Positions 1-9,807 of a stretch of DNA of 64,000 nucleotides are shown in pieces (the stretch's first letter is position 1; the number at the start of each line of letters is the position of its first letter). The position numbers and the translations under genes were made by a program. A model generated the notes under the pieces. That model was not told the origin of the DNA, searched no databases, and saw only the letters and a list, made by a program, of their open reading frames with translations. Source of the DNA: Patescibacteria group bacterium (GTDB lineage Bacteria > Patescibacteriota > Patescibacteriia > SG8-24 > DYFX01); NCBI GenBank assembly GCA_041659045.1, contig JBAZZB010000003.1:28212-92211 (forward strand), written 5' to 3'.

Positions 1-254
1 TTCACCGCTTCAAGCATGCGCTCCGGCGTTCGCTTAACCGTACGCACGCCGATCGCCTTGCCAGCCGAAAGAAGTGCTCGCAGTCGTTCTTTCGTTTCGG
101 GTCGTTTGGAAAAAAGATAGCGCAACTCAATTGGAAGATGTGCTTCCCAATCGAGTTCTTCGGGCAAAGAAACAACTTCGACCGTATAGGAACCGATCGG
201 CGATTGCTTGCGCTGCTCTTCGTCGCTCTTGAAAAGTTTGGTGAAGATGTTCAT
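1..254 (-). CDS. hypothetical protein, 5' part only; gene continues beyond the window start
   Basis: Reverse-strand ATG at about 254..252, then more than 84 in-frame codons with no stop to the window edge (MNIFTKLFKSDEEQRKQSPIGSYTVEV...). Absent from the ORF track because it is truncated. Confidence 0.35.
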   Translation of the reverse strand, partial: MNIFTKLFKSDEEQRKQSPIGSYTVEVVSLPEELDWEAHLPIELRYLFSKRPETKERLRALLSAGKAIGVRTVKRTPERMLEAV

Positions 255-258
255 GAGA

Positions 259-726
259 CTAGACCGCGTCATTGATTTTTTTGAAATCCTCGGCCGCCCG
301 ATCAAGCTTTTCTCGCAATTCGGCAAGTGCCTGGGGTGGCAGAGCACCCAGACGTTCGGCGAAGACGAGCCTCAAATCGCTCGGTACCGGCAACTCGAAA
401 AGCTTGCGCCACAGCTCGGCTTCCGCTCGTGGATAGACGGCGGCCTTCCAGCCGCGCACGCGGAATTCCGCGACGCAGCCGGCAAGATACCGCGGATCAT
501 CCGGACCGACTTTCACGTAATCGACATCAATCTGTCCGGGCGAGAAATGCTCGTCACGCACGTGCACGCCTTGCTGCGACAGCTCTTGAAGCGCAAGTGC
601 GACTTTTTCCGAAGCGCCTGCGGTACCGGACACGTATTCCAAACCGGCTTCGCCCGCTTTCAGGAAGCAAGCGACACGACCCTCGGCATCGGCCAAACAC
701 AGAAGTGTATCATGCATAGCATTCAC
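259..726 (-). CDS. hypothetical protein, 155 aa
   Basis: ORF track. Track M1 is GTG, forming a GTGA overlap with the upstream stop; an alternative ATG lies at 717. No recognisable motif. Confidence 0.45.
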   Translation of the reverse strand: MNAMHDTLLCLADAEGRVACFLKAGEAGLEYVSGTAGASEKVALALQELSQQGVHVRDEHFSPGQIDVDYVKVGPDDPRYLAGCVAEFRVRGWKAAVYPRAEAELWRKLFELPVPSDLRLVFAERLGALPPQALAELREKLDRAAEDFKKINDAV

Positions 727-1820
727 GGCATGCGTTTGTTATCTTCTTCATCCTGCATCTCCACCAAAACACCCAGGCGCGCTTGCAGCTCAGCTTCGCG
801 GTCAAAATCAGGATCCTGCTTTGCGATATGCTTCTGAACCAGCTCCTCATCCGCTTCGGGCAGTACCCCGCCTTTCAAATATTCCTCGACGATCTCGGCC
901 CAATATTCTACTGCCTTGGTTTCCAGTTCCTGCGCGTCGTCGTCGTTGTTGCTAATCGCTTCGACGTACGGCGACTTGAAACGATCCTCTGCGGCAACGC
1001 GCGCCATCACTGCAGCTTTCAGTGCGGTGCGATCTTCAGACGACAGGTCGCTGTCGGTGCGCCAGTCGTTGGCGTGGGCGACTTCGTGCAAGAGCGTGCC
1101 GTTCCAGATTTTCATGGAGGGATGCCCCTTCATGCCGCGCCAGAAAACGATGCGGGTACCCGATGTGCCATGGCCGCCTTCCGCCGTGGCTGCACCTTCC
1201 GCATTGCGATGCAGCTCCTCGCCATAGCTTTTATCGAGCTTATACTTCTTGTCACGAAAGCCGATCGAAGCAACGTCGCCTTCAACGAAACCTCCCGGCA
1301 GAGTCGAAAGGATGAGATGCAAACGCTCCGGCGTCGCTTCGGGGTCGAGCTCCCGCAACTCCTCCATAACCAGGGCTTCCGGCGCCGACTCCACAGGAGA
1401 AACCTTTTCCCACTTCGATCGAGCGATCTTTACCGCCGAATACGATGTCGAACCCAAAGCGAACACCAAGGCGGCATGCCTCAAAATAGGATAGCGAGAC
1501 TGCATGCTTCGCATCTCTTCCTCCAAACGTTTGGCGCGTTCTGCCGCAACGCGTCCCTGCGCCAAGGTATTTCCCTCCAGGATATTTAAAACCGTCACCA
1601 TGTACCCACCAAGCACGGCGTGATCGAACTCAGGATTGTTTCCCAGGTGCTTTTTAAACACGTCGCGATAGCCCTCGTTCTTCCAAATCTCCATCCCCTT
1701 TTCATGATCAAAGGCGCCAAGAAACTCAATGAGGCGCCCCTCAATTTTTTTCGCCTCAACCTGCAGATCAAGCGGTTCTAATTCCTTCCCGTCGGGAAGT
1801 TGCGGAGATTCAAGAGACAT
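723..1820 (-). CDS. hypothetical protein with an HExxH zinc-metallopeptidase-like motif
   Basis: 365-aa ORF with HEVAHANDW near residue 235 and an acidic C-terminus. No family assignable by eye. Confidence 0.55.
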   Translation of the reverse strand: MSLESPQLPDGKELEPLDLQVEAKKIEGRLIEFLGAFDHEKGMEIWKNEGYRDVFKKHLGNNPEFDHAVLGGYMVTVLNILEGNTLAQGRVAAERAKRLEEEMRSMQSRYPILRHAALVFALGSTSYSAVKIARSKWEKVSPVESAPEALVMEELRELDPEATPERLHLILSTLPGGFVEGDVASIGFRDKKYKLDKSYGEELHRNAEGAATAEGGHGTSGTRIVFWRGMKGHPSMKIWNGTLLHEVAHANDWRTDSDLSSEDRTALKAAVMARVAAEDRFKSPYVEAISNNDDDAQELETKAVEYWAEIVEEYLKGGVLPEADEELVQKHIAKQDPDFDREAELQARLGVLVEMQDEEDNKRMP

Positions 1821-1823
1821 AGA

Positions 1824-2405
1824 TCACGTTGAAGTTTTCTTCGGCATCGCACACGCTTCCGGCTCGACAATTTTGCGAGCGAGACTGAATGACGAAAGAA
1901 CAACAAGGACGATACCGATCCATGAAAATTCCTGGCCACGGAGCGGAAGAGCGGCCAGAGCACTGCCCGTGCCAAGCAAACTCGCGAGCAAGGCCGATCC
2001 GCAAGCCGCGCAACCGACACCGAGAAGCCCGACAAGCACGCCGATCGCGCTCGCACCTGCGGCTTGATGCAAACGCACCTGGCGGCGCATGTAGCGCTCG
2101 ATGAACGCGGCGTTCACGCCAAAGAGTGCCGCGAGAACGAGCGTGACGGACCCTCCTTCATGCGCGAACGACACGCGACCGCCCCATAAGGTCTGCAGCA
2201 CGGACTTGAACTTCAAGCCGAAGCTAAAATAGTCTTCGTTCAAGATGAACCCGAGCAGTTTCAGATTCGAAATCACGATGGAAAAAAGCACGATGAACGC
2301 GAAACCGCCAAAAGCAACGAGCCAGCCTTCTGGACTGGAAAACGTTTCTTTCAGCGCGGCGCGCAGGTGACCGATTCTTTTGGCGAGAGGATTGACAGAA
2401 AGCAT
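1824..2405 (-). CDS. integral membrane protein, unknown function
   Basis: Several hydrophobic helices and a GVGCAACGS motif. Track M1 at 2432 is TTG and would leave only 7 nt to the divergent gene, so the first ATG at 2405 (MLSVNPL...) is preferred. Confidence 0.45.
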   Translation of the reverse strand: MLSVNPLAKRIGHLRAALKETFSSPEGWLVAFGGFAFIVLFSIVISNLKLLGFILNEDYFSFGLKFKSVLQTLWGGRVSFAHEGGSVTLVLAALFGVNAAFIERYMRRQVRLHQAAGASAIGVLVGLLGVGCAACGSALLASLLGTGSALAALPLRGQEFSWIGIVLVVLSSFSLARKIVEPEACAMPKKTST

Positions 2406-2442
2406 GTACGCATGATAGCTTCGCGGCACCAAGGAGGCAATG

Positions 2443-2907
2443 ATGGAGAAAAGCCGTATCGCTGTGCTTCACGAAGCGACCGTTGGTCTTCCGTATCCAC
2501 TCGCGTTTCCCTCGATCCTGAAGGCGGCCTGGCGACGGGAGTTTTCCGCTCAACACGACGCGTGGACGCCGAGCAATCCCGCTCTTGGCCAGTGCGCCAT
2601 TACGGCACTGCTGGTGCAGGACAAGTTCGGCGGAGAGATTCTCCGCGCCGTCATCTCAGAGAAGCTCGGCTCGCACTACTGGAACCGCATCGGCGGCCAA
2701 GAGCTGGACTACACCCGCTCGCAGTTCCCGGCGGAGACTGTCATTCCGCCCGGACAACTGGTCGACAGAGTCTACATCCTCGAATCCGAGCGCGCCGTCG
2801 CCGCCGGTACGCCCGAACGGTACCAGCTCCTGTGCGACAGCTTCCGCCGCGTCGAAGAGATGCTCGCGGACTATCGCACGCGCCTCAAATCGCAAACCCC
2901 GACCTGA
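2443..2907 (+). CDS. hypothetical protein
   Basis: AAGGAGG at about 2431-2437 gives good spacing to the second ATG at 2443 (MEKSRIAVLHEATVG...). No motif recognised. Confidence 0.5.
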   Translation: MEKSRIAVLHEATVGLPYPLAFPSILKAAWRREFSAQHDAWTPSNPALGQCAITALLVQDKFGGEILRAVISEKLGSHYWNRIGGQELDYTRSQFPAETVIPPGQLVDRVYILESERAVAAGTPERYQLLCDSFRRVEEMLADYRTRLKSQTPT

Positions 2908-2926
2908 TGGCCGGGGCTTTTCTTTT
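2897..2926. terminator. bidirectional intrinsic terminator between convergent genes
   Basis: CCCCGACC-tgat-GGCCGGGG hairpin followed by cttttctttt. Both flanking stop codons lie inside it. Confidence 0.4.
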
Positions 2927-4853
2927 ACTTTTCTTTGGCGACGTAGCGTCCGTCCCAATCCATCGCTGGCGGTTCGGCGCGATAGGCACGACAACGTTCA
3001 ATATAGAGCTCCGCGGAATGGTCGCCAAAACGTTCGACGATATCCTGAAACGCGGCTTCCGCTTCATCCCAGCGACGGGCGAGGAATGAAGCGAGCGCGG
3101 ATTCGAATCGCGAGGCGAGCTCCCGCGCTTTGTCGTCGACGCGCGAGGTCTCCCCCATCAATTCGTAGACGGCGACGGGTTTTACTTTTCCTTTGACCGT
3201 CACGAGATCGAGACGCCGGCAGAAAAAGGCGTCGCCAAGCTGGCGCCTCACGAATTCCGAAATAAGAATCGTCACGCCGTAAAACTTCGTCAGGCTTTCG
3301 AGACGCGAAGAGAGGTTCACTTCGTCGCCGATCGCCGTGTAGTCGAAGCGCTGCTCGGAACCCATGTTGCCGATAACAACTTCGCCACCGTTCAACCCGA
3401 TACCGACGCGTACGTCCGGAAGTTTCCGCTCGGCCCAATCGGCGCGCAGCGTTTCCAAACGATCGCGCATACCGAGCGCCGTGCGAGCCGCGCGAGTGGC
3501 GTGGTCTGCTTGCGGCATCGGCGCGTTCCAAAACGCCATGATGGCGTCACCGATGTATTTATCAACCACGCCTTCGTGATCGAGAACCACCGTGGTCATG
3601 GCCGTCAGGTACTCGTTGAGCAACGAGACGAGTTCCTCTGGAGTCAGACGTTCGGAGAGCGTCGTGAAGCCTCGGATGTCGGAGAACAGAATCGTCGCTT
3701 CGCGGCGCGCGCCTCCGAGCGAGAGTGGTACCTCGCCCGTTTCGATGCGGCGAATCACCTGCGGCGCGAGATAGCGGCTGAAGGCATCACGAATACGGCG
3801 ACGTTCTCCGCGCTCACTGAGGTAGCGCACACACAATTCAACGACGGCTGTACCGACGATGACAAGAAAGGCATACCACACCGGCAGCAGCACGCCGCGG
3901 TTTGAAAGCGACAACGCGGCAAGGACGTACACGAACACGAAACCAGCTGCGATAAAAATACCGTAACGCAAACGTAACGCGCCGAGCGTCAGGGTCACGA
4001 GCAGTGCGAGGAAAATCGAAAGCGCGACGGAGAGTGCCAAAGGAAGTTCAACAAGAAGACGCGCGTCTCCCTCACGCAAAATTGCCGCGAAGTTCGCTTG
4101 GATCTCGACGCCGTTCATTAATTTTCCATTGCCGAACGGGGTCAACGCCGCGTCATGCAAATCGGGAGCTGTTGCACCGATCAACACCGTCTTCCCTTTG
4201 AAGACTTCAGGAGAAACGCGACCTTCGCGCACATCGATGAACGAATAGGTTGGGAAGGTTCCGGGACCGCCGTAGAACGCAACGCGCACAGACGTCTCAC
4301 GAAGCGGCACGCGCGAGGCAACGAGTTCGGCAAACGATTGCGAAAACGTCGCGCGTCGCACAACACCATCGGCGTCAGGCAGAAGTGTCGTCTGTCCGAC
4401 GCGTCCTTTCACCGCTTCCGCAAAACGCGGTAACGGCTTCACGTGCGTTTCCGTCACGCGTTCGTCCGGCAGAACGACATTCGGCGCGCGACGAAGCGCG
4501 GTTTCGAGCTCCGTATCATCCGTTTCCGTCGAGGCTTCCGAAAACGTGACGTCGTACCCAATCGTCGTCGCTCCGGCATTCGTCAGCGTATCGAGCATGT
4601 CGGCATGCAACGCACGCGGCCACGGCCAACGACCGAGCGCCGCGATCGACGCGTCATCAATGCCGATAATCACGATGTCAGTTGGCGGACTCCTCTTCTC
4701 GATCAACTTGTCCTGAAGCCGGGCCTCAAACGAGCGCCAGTAGCCGATCGTTTGGAGCAGCGTCACGCAGGCGACCCACGCCAAAGCCGCCGCAAGTGCC
4801 AAGAGGCGGTTGCGGAGATGGGAGCGAGACGCGGCGCGTGGCTGGCGAGTCAT
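2925..4853 (-). CDS. CHASE2 sensor-domain adenylate/guanylate cyclase (class III)
   Basis: N-terminal TM and CHASE2-like region (IGIDDASIAALGRWPWPR...), multiple TM helices, and a C-terminal class III cyclase core (ATILFSDIRGFTTLSE...KYIGDAIMAFWNAP). Confidence 0.85.
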   Translation of the reverse strand: MTRQPRAASRSHLRNRLLALAAALAWVACVTLLQTIGYWRSFEARLQDKLIEKRSPPTDIVIIGIDDASIAALGRWPWPRALHADMLDTLTNAGATTIGYDVTFSEASTETDDTELETALRRAPNVVLPDERVTETHVKPLPRFAEAVKGRVGQTTLLPDADGVVRRATFSQSFAELVASRVPLRETSVRVAFYGGPGTFPTYSFIDVREGRVSPEVFKGKTVLIGATAPDLHDAALTPFGNGKLMNGVEIQANFAAILREGDARLLVELPLALSVALSIFLALLVTLTLGALRLRYGIFIAAGFVFVYVLAALSLSNRGVLLPVWYAFLVIVGTAVVELCVRYLSERGERRRIRDAFSRYLAPQVIRRIETGEVPLSLGGARREATILFSDIRGFTTLSERLTPEELVSLLNEYLTAMTTVVLDHEGVVDKYIGDAIMAFWNAPMPQADHATRAARTALGMRDRLETLRADWAERKLPDVRVGIGLNGGEVVIGNMGSEQRFDYTAIGDEVNLSSRLESLTKFYGVTILISEFVRRQLGDAFFCRRLDLVTVKGKVKPVAVYELMGETSRVDDKARELASRFESALASFLARRWDEAEAAFQDIVERFGDHSAELYIERCRAYRAEPPAMDWDGRYVAKEK

Positions 4854-4860
4854 ACGTGAA

Positions 4861-6402
4861 TCAGTTCACCGCCGGAGAAACGGGGCCGAGAACGCGCACG
4901 GTATCAGAAGCCGTGAAGAGGCCGAGCGTGTGTTGATACGAAACAGTCAGTTTCGACTCACCATCAGCCTCGCCCGCGAAAAAAGCATTCGCACGCATCT
5001 GGCCGATCGGCATCAAGCCGCTTGTCGACGCAAGCGACCATGCCGCCTGCTTTGTCACGTCTTCGCTGCGCCCATCGCTCCAACGCAAGAACGCGTTGAA
5101 GGAACCGGACTCGCCGAAACCGAACGTAAAGCGCTGCGCTGAAATTTCAAGACGCAGAGGCTTCGGTGCGGTCGGCGCAGGGGGAACGGACGGCGCGATC
5201 GTTTCGTTGTTTGTCGTGACGATCGGTGCCGCGCTCGGTTCATCAACGGGAACCGTTTCTGAAACAGGTGCGGTTCCCTTCTCGAACTTCTCGCGTCGCT
5301 CCAATACGCGGCGCAACGTTTCCGCCATATCAGGCGAAACGCGCATGGCGGCATCCTTCATGCTTGAAGCGAGGTCGGCATGATGCGCGACATACTCAAC
5401 GAGGCGCGGATGCACGCGACAGACGACGCCGTTTACTTGCGCGTAGGTACAGAACTGTTCCGCGCGCTTAACCAGAGCGTCCGTCGCCTCGGCATTGCCG
5501 CGCTGTGCCGCCGCTAAAGCTTCGGCCACAAGACGCGACAAGCCACGTGTCGCGATACGCTGAGCATCTCCGTGGTTTTTCTTGAGTACGGCACGCTCTT
5601 TCGCCTCAACGCGCACGCTCATGTCCGGGCGCGGCACGAAGCGCTCGAGGTCACCCTGCAGGCGTTCTTCGACGCGCTTCTTATACGAAGCGTCCTTCTC
5701 GAGGTTGCCGCGGACCCAGGCATCTTCGCGCAGATCCTTCGCGTCTTCGATCTTCCAAGCGGACGCATTCAAGCGTTGAATCGTGCCAGGCTTCGGCACG
5801 GCGTACCGCAACTTCTTTCCCTCCACGACCTCAGAGGCGGCGCCGCCACTCACCGGAGTAACGCTGACAAGATGCTCGGCGACGTACACGTCGTTCGTCG
5901 CGCTTGTGGCATCGACGAAGAACGCCGTGCCACGCACCGTCGCCACAAGATGCGGCGTTCGCACTTCATAGGAAGATTCCGGCGCCATGAAATCAAGCAA
6001 GCGCGACCACAAACGACCGCTCTCCACGAGAATCTTGCCGACAAAAGAATTTGTTTCCTGATCCCATTCCAAACCGTCGAGCGTGATCGTCGCATTCTCA
6101 TCGAGACGCGCAACACCTTGCTCGAAAAGATTCAGACTGGCCGATGAGTCCTCGCCCGTACGCACGGCGTCGCCCTGCGCGACTTGCGTTTCTTCCGCAA
6201 TCACCGTCCACTCCCCGCTTCCAGCCTTGCGCACTTCAACCGTACCGCGTTCCGGCAGAACAAGCGCGCGATGCGGCACCGTCGCAGGCGTCCGTTCGGC
6301 AAGAGAAGCCGCGGCGGAATCAAGCAGCGCGCGTTCGGCAAAAAATCCGAGCACGAGAAGCGCAAGGACACCGAGCAGGATTTTTTTCAAGTGTTTCATC
6401 AT
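4861..6402 (-). CDS. secreted FecR-domain protein with C-terminal Ig-like (Big_2-like) domain
   Basis: Signal peptide MKHLKKILLGVLALLVLG. FecR-like segment ...HLVATVRGTAFFVDATS... Track M1 is TTG; ATG at 6402/6399 preferred. Confidence 0.55.
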   Translation of the reverse strand: MMKHLKKILLGVLALLVLGFFAERALLDSAAASLAERTPATVPHRALVLPERGTVEVRKAGSGEWTVIAEETQVAQGDAVRTGEDSSASLNLFEQGVARLDENATITLDGLEWDQETNSFVGKILVESGRLWSRLLDFMAPESSYEVRTPHLVATVRGTAFFVDATSATNDVYVAEHLVSVTPVSGGAASEVVEGKKLRYAVPKPGTIQRLNASAWKIEDAKDLREDAWVRGNLEKDASYKKRVEERLQGDLERFVPRPDMSVRVEAKERAVLKKNHGDAQRIATRGLSRLVAEALAAAQRGNAEATDALVKRAEQFCTYAQVNGVVCRVHPRLVEYVAHHADLASSMKDAAMRVSPDMAETLRRVLERREKFEKGTAPVSETVPVDEPSAAPIVTTNNETIAPSVPPAPTAPKPLRLEISAQRFTFGFGESGSFNAFLRWSDGRSEDVTKQAAWSLASTSGLMPIGQMRANAFFAGEADGESKLTVSYQHTLGLFTASDTVRVLGPVSPAVN

Positions 6403-6406
6403 AGGG

Positions 6407-6697
6407 TTAGACGCCAAGCATTGCGCGAAGTTCTTCGGACGGCTCCCATGGCGGATCAAACGTCACTTCGATATCGACAACGCGGAGATCGAGCATCAAA
6501 AGAGATTGCTTCAGTTCGCCGATCAGCTGCGGTCCGTATGGGCACAGCGGCGTCGTGAACGTCATCTTCACGTGCAGCTGCTCTTCGTCTTCTGACAATT
6601 CAAAACCGTAAATCAACCCCAGCGTCCAAATGTCGATGTGGAGCTCGGGATCCTGCGTGTGCTTGAAGACCTCCGTGATTTTTTCTTTCATCGTCAT
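6407..6697 (-). CDS. sufT: Fe-S assembly protein SufT / DUF59 (MIP18 family)
   Basis: ...HTQDPELHIDIWTLGLIYGF...TTPLCPYGP is a typical DUF59. Start chosen at ATG 6697, which leaves 1 nt after the sufC stop. Confidence 0.7.
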   Translation of the reverse strand: MTMKEKITEVFKHTQDPELHIDIWTLGLIYGFELSEDEEQLHVKMTFTTPLCPYGPQLIGELKQSLLMLDLRVVDIEVTFDPPWEPSEELRAMLGV

Positions 6698-6698
6698 A

Positions 6699-7433
6699 TC
6701 AGTTGGCAATCGCTTCATAACCTTCTTTCCCGATCCGTTCCGCGAGTTCGTTTCCGCCTTGCGCCACAATCTTTCCGTCCTTCATGACATGCACGACGTC
6801 CGGCGCCAAGGCCGCAAGCAGTTTGGGATTATGACTGATGACCAAAATGCCGATCTTCGGTCCGCGCAGGCGCGCCAGTCCGTCCGTGACGATCTTGAGC
6901 GCGTCGATGTCGAGCCCGGAATCCGTTTCATCAAGCACCGCGTACGACGGATTGAGCACCGAGAGCTGAAGGACTTCGGCACGTTTCTTTTCACCACCAG
7001 AGAATCCCGCGTTCAAGTGACGTCGCGCGAACGTTGGGTCGATTTTCAAATCTTCCATGCGTGCTTGGAGCAAGGCGTGGAATTCAAGGACTGAAAGCGG
7101 TGCTTCCTTCACGGCGTTAAAAGCCGTGCGGAGGAAACTCGAAAGCGTCACTCCCGGAATCTCCGGTGTAGCCTGCATCGAAAGGAAGAGGCCCGCCTTG
7201 GCACGTTCGTGCGGCGCGGCGTTCGTGATGTCGCGACCATCGAGCGTGATCGCCCCCTCCGTGACGACATACGAAGGATGACCCGCGAGTGCGTTCGCGA
7301 AAGTCGACTTGCCGGAACCGTTCGGCCCCATGAGCGCGTGCACTTCGCCTTTCTTCACTTCAAGAGAGACACCGTGGACGATGTCTTTGCCTTCGCGGGT
7401 GACTTTTAGATTTTCGATTTTGAGAGATTGCAT
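6699..7433 (-). CDS. sufC: Fe-S cluster assembly ATPase SufC
   Basis: Walker A GPNGSGKST plus ABC signature. Start at M13 (MQSLKIENL) by homology with the SufC N-terminus. Confidence 0.9.
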   Translation of the reverse strand: MQSLKIENLKVTREGKDIVHGVSLEVKKGEVHALMGPNGSGKSTFANALAGHPSYVVTEGAITLDGRDITNAAPHERAKAGLFLSMQATPEIPGVTLSSFLRTAFNAVKEAPLSVLEFHALLQARMEDLKIDPTFARRHLNAGFSGGEKKRAEVLQLSVLNPSYAVLDETDSGLDIDALKIVTDGLARLRGPKIGILVISHNPKLLAALAPDVVHVMKDGKIVAQGGNELAERIGKEGYEAIAN

Positions 7434-7434
7434 A

Positions 7435-7839
7435 TCAATGTGAGCACGAGGTGTTAGGATCGGACTCACGAGGCTGGGAGAGGGCGGACTTCAGCGCACG
7501 CAATGAAAGCATCGCGCATTTCATGCGCATCGGTCCGACATCGATACCGAGCAACTCTAGGATATCGCGTTCCGAGATTGCCAGCACCTCCGCGAACGGT
7601 CGGCCCTTGATGCGATCCGTCAGCAGAGAAGCGCTCGCCATGCTGACAGCACAACCTTTTCCATCGAATTTCACGTCGGCCACGCGATCGCAGGCATCCA
7701 GTTTCAGAAACAATTCGATCGTGTCGCCACAACTGGGATTCAACTCGCGCGCGCGTCGCGAAGCATCCTCAAGCCGCCCCGCGTTATGCGGATGCTTGTT
7801 GTGATCGAGGATGTTCTCCATGTAGATATTTTCTTCCAT
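7435..7839 (-). CDS. sufU: SufU / IscU-like Fe-S scaffold (NifU N-terminal domain)
   Basis: ...NPSCGDTIELFLK...GKGCAVSMASASLLT... conserved Cys ligands of SufU/IscU. Confidence 0.85.
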   Translation of the reverse strand: MEENIYMENILDHNKHPHNAGRLEDASRRARELNPSCGDTIELFLKLDACDRVADVKFDGKGCAVSMASASLLTDRIKGRPFAEVLAISERDILELLGIDVGPMRMKCAMLSLRALKSALSQPRESDPNTSCSH

Positions 7840-7840
7840 A

Positions 7841-9049
7841 TCAGAGTTTCAGTGTGACCTTGGCTTTTTCTATCGCCACGACGAGTGCTTCAACATCTTC
7901 CTTTCCATTATAGATGCCGAAGCTCGCGCGGCACGTGCCACTCAGACCCAGCTTGCCCATGAGCGGCATCGCGCAATGATGCCCGCCGCGCACGGCCACG
8001 CCTTCGCGATCAAAAAGCGTCGCAAGATCGTGCGGATGCGCACCAGAGACCTCAAACGAAATCACACCGATACGTTCCCCCACTGTCGGACCAACGATCT
8101 TCACGCCTGGAATTGCGGAAAGCTTTTCAAGCGCGTACGCCGTGAGTTCGAGGTCATGCGCTTCGGCAATATCCATACCGATCGCTTCGAGATACTGGAT
8201 TGCCGCACCGAGACCGATCACGCCCGCAATGTTCGGCGTGCCTGCCTCGAATTTCATCGGCGCATCGTTCCAGGTCGAACCTTCGTATTTCACTTCGCGA
8301 ATCATGTCGCCGCCGTATTGCGCGGGTTCCATTTTTTCCAAAAGCGCTTTCTTGCCGTAGAGCACGCCGACACCGGTCGGGCCGTATGCTTTATGAGCGG
8401 AGAACGCCAGGAAATCGCAATCGAGGTCGCGCACGTCGATCTTCATATGAGGAATCGACTGCGCTGCGTCGAGAATCAGAACGGCGCCAACCGCGTGCGC
8501 AAGCGCTGCGAGTTCTTTCGCGGGGTTGACCGCACCGAGCACGTTGGAGGCGTGCACGATCGAAACCGCTTTCGTCTTCGACGTGATGAGCGCACGCGCC
8601 GCCTCCATATCAAGACGATACTCGCTTGTGATCGGAATAAATTTCAAAACGAACCCATGGCGCTTTGCGGCTTCCTGCCACGGCACCAAGTTGGCGTGGT
8701 GTTCCATTTCGGTCAGCACGACTTCGTCGCCAGGACCGAACGTGCGGCCGAGCGAGGTTGCGAGGAGATTCAAAGATTCGGTTGTACCTTTCGAAAAAAC
8801 AATTTCTTCCGGCGCGGCATTCAAAAAATTCGCCACCGTGCCACGCACGGCTTCATAACGTTCAGTTGCCTCCCCCGCCGTCTTGTACATGCCGCGATGC
8901 ACATTGGAGCGAAAATTTTGGTAGTAGTCGTTCATCGCTTCGATGACGGAAACCGGCGTGAGCGACGATGCGGCCGAATCCAAGAACGCCCGCATGTCCA
9001 TGACATGGAGCGAAGGAAAATCTTTTTGGATGACGTTGGGAAGTTGCAT
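7841..9049 (-). CDS. sufS: cysteine desulfurase SufS (class V aminotransferase)
   Basis: ...HANLVPWQ..., ...SAHKAYGPTGVGVLYG... PLP-lysine region and C-terminal ...GGHHCAMPLM.... Start at M11 (MQLPNVIQKDFP) by homology. Confidence 0.9.
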   Translation of the reverse strand: MQLPNVIQKDFPSLHVMDMRAFLDSAASSLTPVSVIEAMNDYYQNFRSNVHRGMYKTAGEATERYEAVRGTVANFLNAAPEEIVFSKGTTESLNLLATSLGRTFGPGDEVVLTEMEHHANLVPWQEAAKRHGFVLKFIPITSEYRLDMEAARALITSKTKAVSIVHASNVLGAVNPAKELAALAHAVGAVLILDAAQSIPHMKIDVRDLDCDFLAFSAHKAYGPTGVGVLYGKKALLEKMEPAQYGGDMIREVKYEGSTWNDAPMKFEAGTPNIAGVIGLGAAIQYLEAIGMDIAEAHDLELTAYALEKLSAIPGVKIVGPTVGERIGVISFEVSGAHPHDLATLFDREGVAVRGGHHCAMPLMGKLGLSGTCRASFGIYNGKEDVEALVVAIEKAKVTLKL

Positions 9050-9050
9050 A

Positions 9051-9806
9051 TCAAGAAAGCTTGGAGAGGTACGGTTCAACGAACGCTTCGATCAACATTG
9101 CTTCCGCGGACGCGCGATCGAGTCCGCGCGACATGAGGTAGAAAAGTTTTTCCGCATCAATCCGGCCGACCGTCGCGGCATGCGAGCAACGCACGTCCTG
9201 GTTTTCGATCTCGAGCATCGGTACGGCGTCGATTTCGGCGGAGTCGGAAAGCAGCAACGTTTCCTCTTTCTGACGACTGACGCAGCCGGGCGCGTTTTTC
9301 TCGACACGCACGAGACCGCGAATAATTGCTTTCGCGTCACCCGAAAGCACGCTGCCAACGTGCAGATTCGAAATCGTGCGCGGCGCGGCGTGAATAATTT
9401 CGTGCTTCACATCAAAGCGCTGGCGATTCGTGCCGCGCACAAGACTCGTCGCTTCGACTTCAGCACCTTCGCCCTCAAGACGCGTGACAAACAACGCGCG
9501 CGAAAATTCCGGCACGGAGCATTCGTCGATCCATTCAAGTTTCGCATTCTTCGCAAGACGTGCTTCGCGACGCACGAATTCAACCGAAGACGTCGCGCGC
9601 GCGACGTATGTGACGCGTGCGCCTTCGCCGATCTCGAGACGAATCTCAAGATCGCGATCGCCTTCAGGATCTTCGACAATGCGCATCGTGGCGTCAGCCG
9701 GAACTTCGATCGTCTTCGTTTGCGCAACCAAAGCCGCCCGGTCGAAACCTTCCGGGTGTTCAGGCATGAAAATGCCGATGCCGTATTTGAGAAGTTTCGT
9801 TGCCAT
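9051..9806 (-). CDS. sufD: SufD, short form (251 aa)
   Basis: C-terminal SufBD signature ...HAATVGRIDAEKLFYLMSRGL...EAFVEPYLSKLS. The N-terminal half typical of proteobacterial SufD is missing. Confidence 0.8.
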   Translation of the reverse strand: MATKLLKYGIGIFMPEHPEGFDRAALVAQTKTIEVPADATMRIVEDPEGDRDLEIRLEIGEGARVTYVARATSSVEFVRREARLAKNAKLEWIDECSVPEFSRALFVTRLEGEGAEVEATSLVRGTNRQRFDVKHEIIHAAPRTISNLHVGSVLSGDAKAIIRGLVRVEKNAPGCVSRQKEETLLLSDSAEIDAVPMLEIENQDVRCSHAATVGRIDAEKLFYLMSRGLDRASAEAMLIEAFVEPYLSKLS

Positions 9807-9807
9807 A

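Noticed and set aside
208-837. 209-aa plus-strand ORF and 130-aa ORF at 327-719
   Set aside because: They overlap two better-supported reverse-strand genes, and the products are Arg/Ser-rich low complexity.
7976-9136. 386-aa ORF antisense to sufS
   Set aside because: It lies opposite a canonical cysteine desulfurase, and the product is Arg-rich low complexity.
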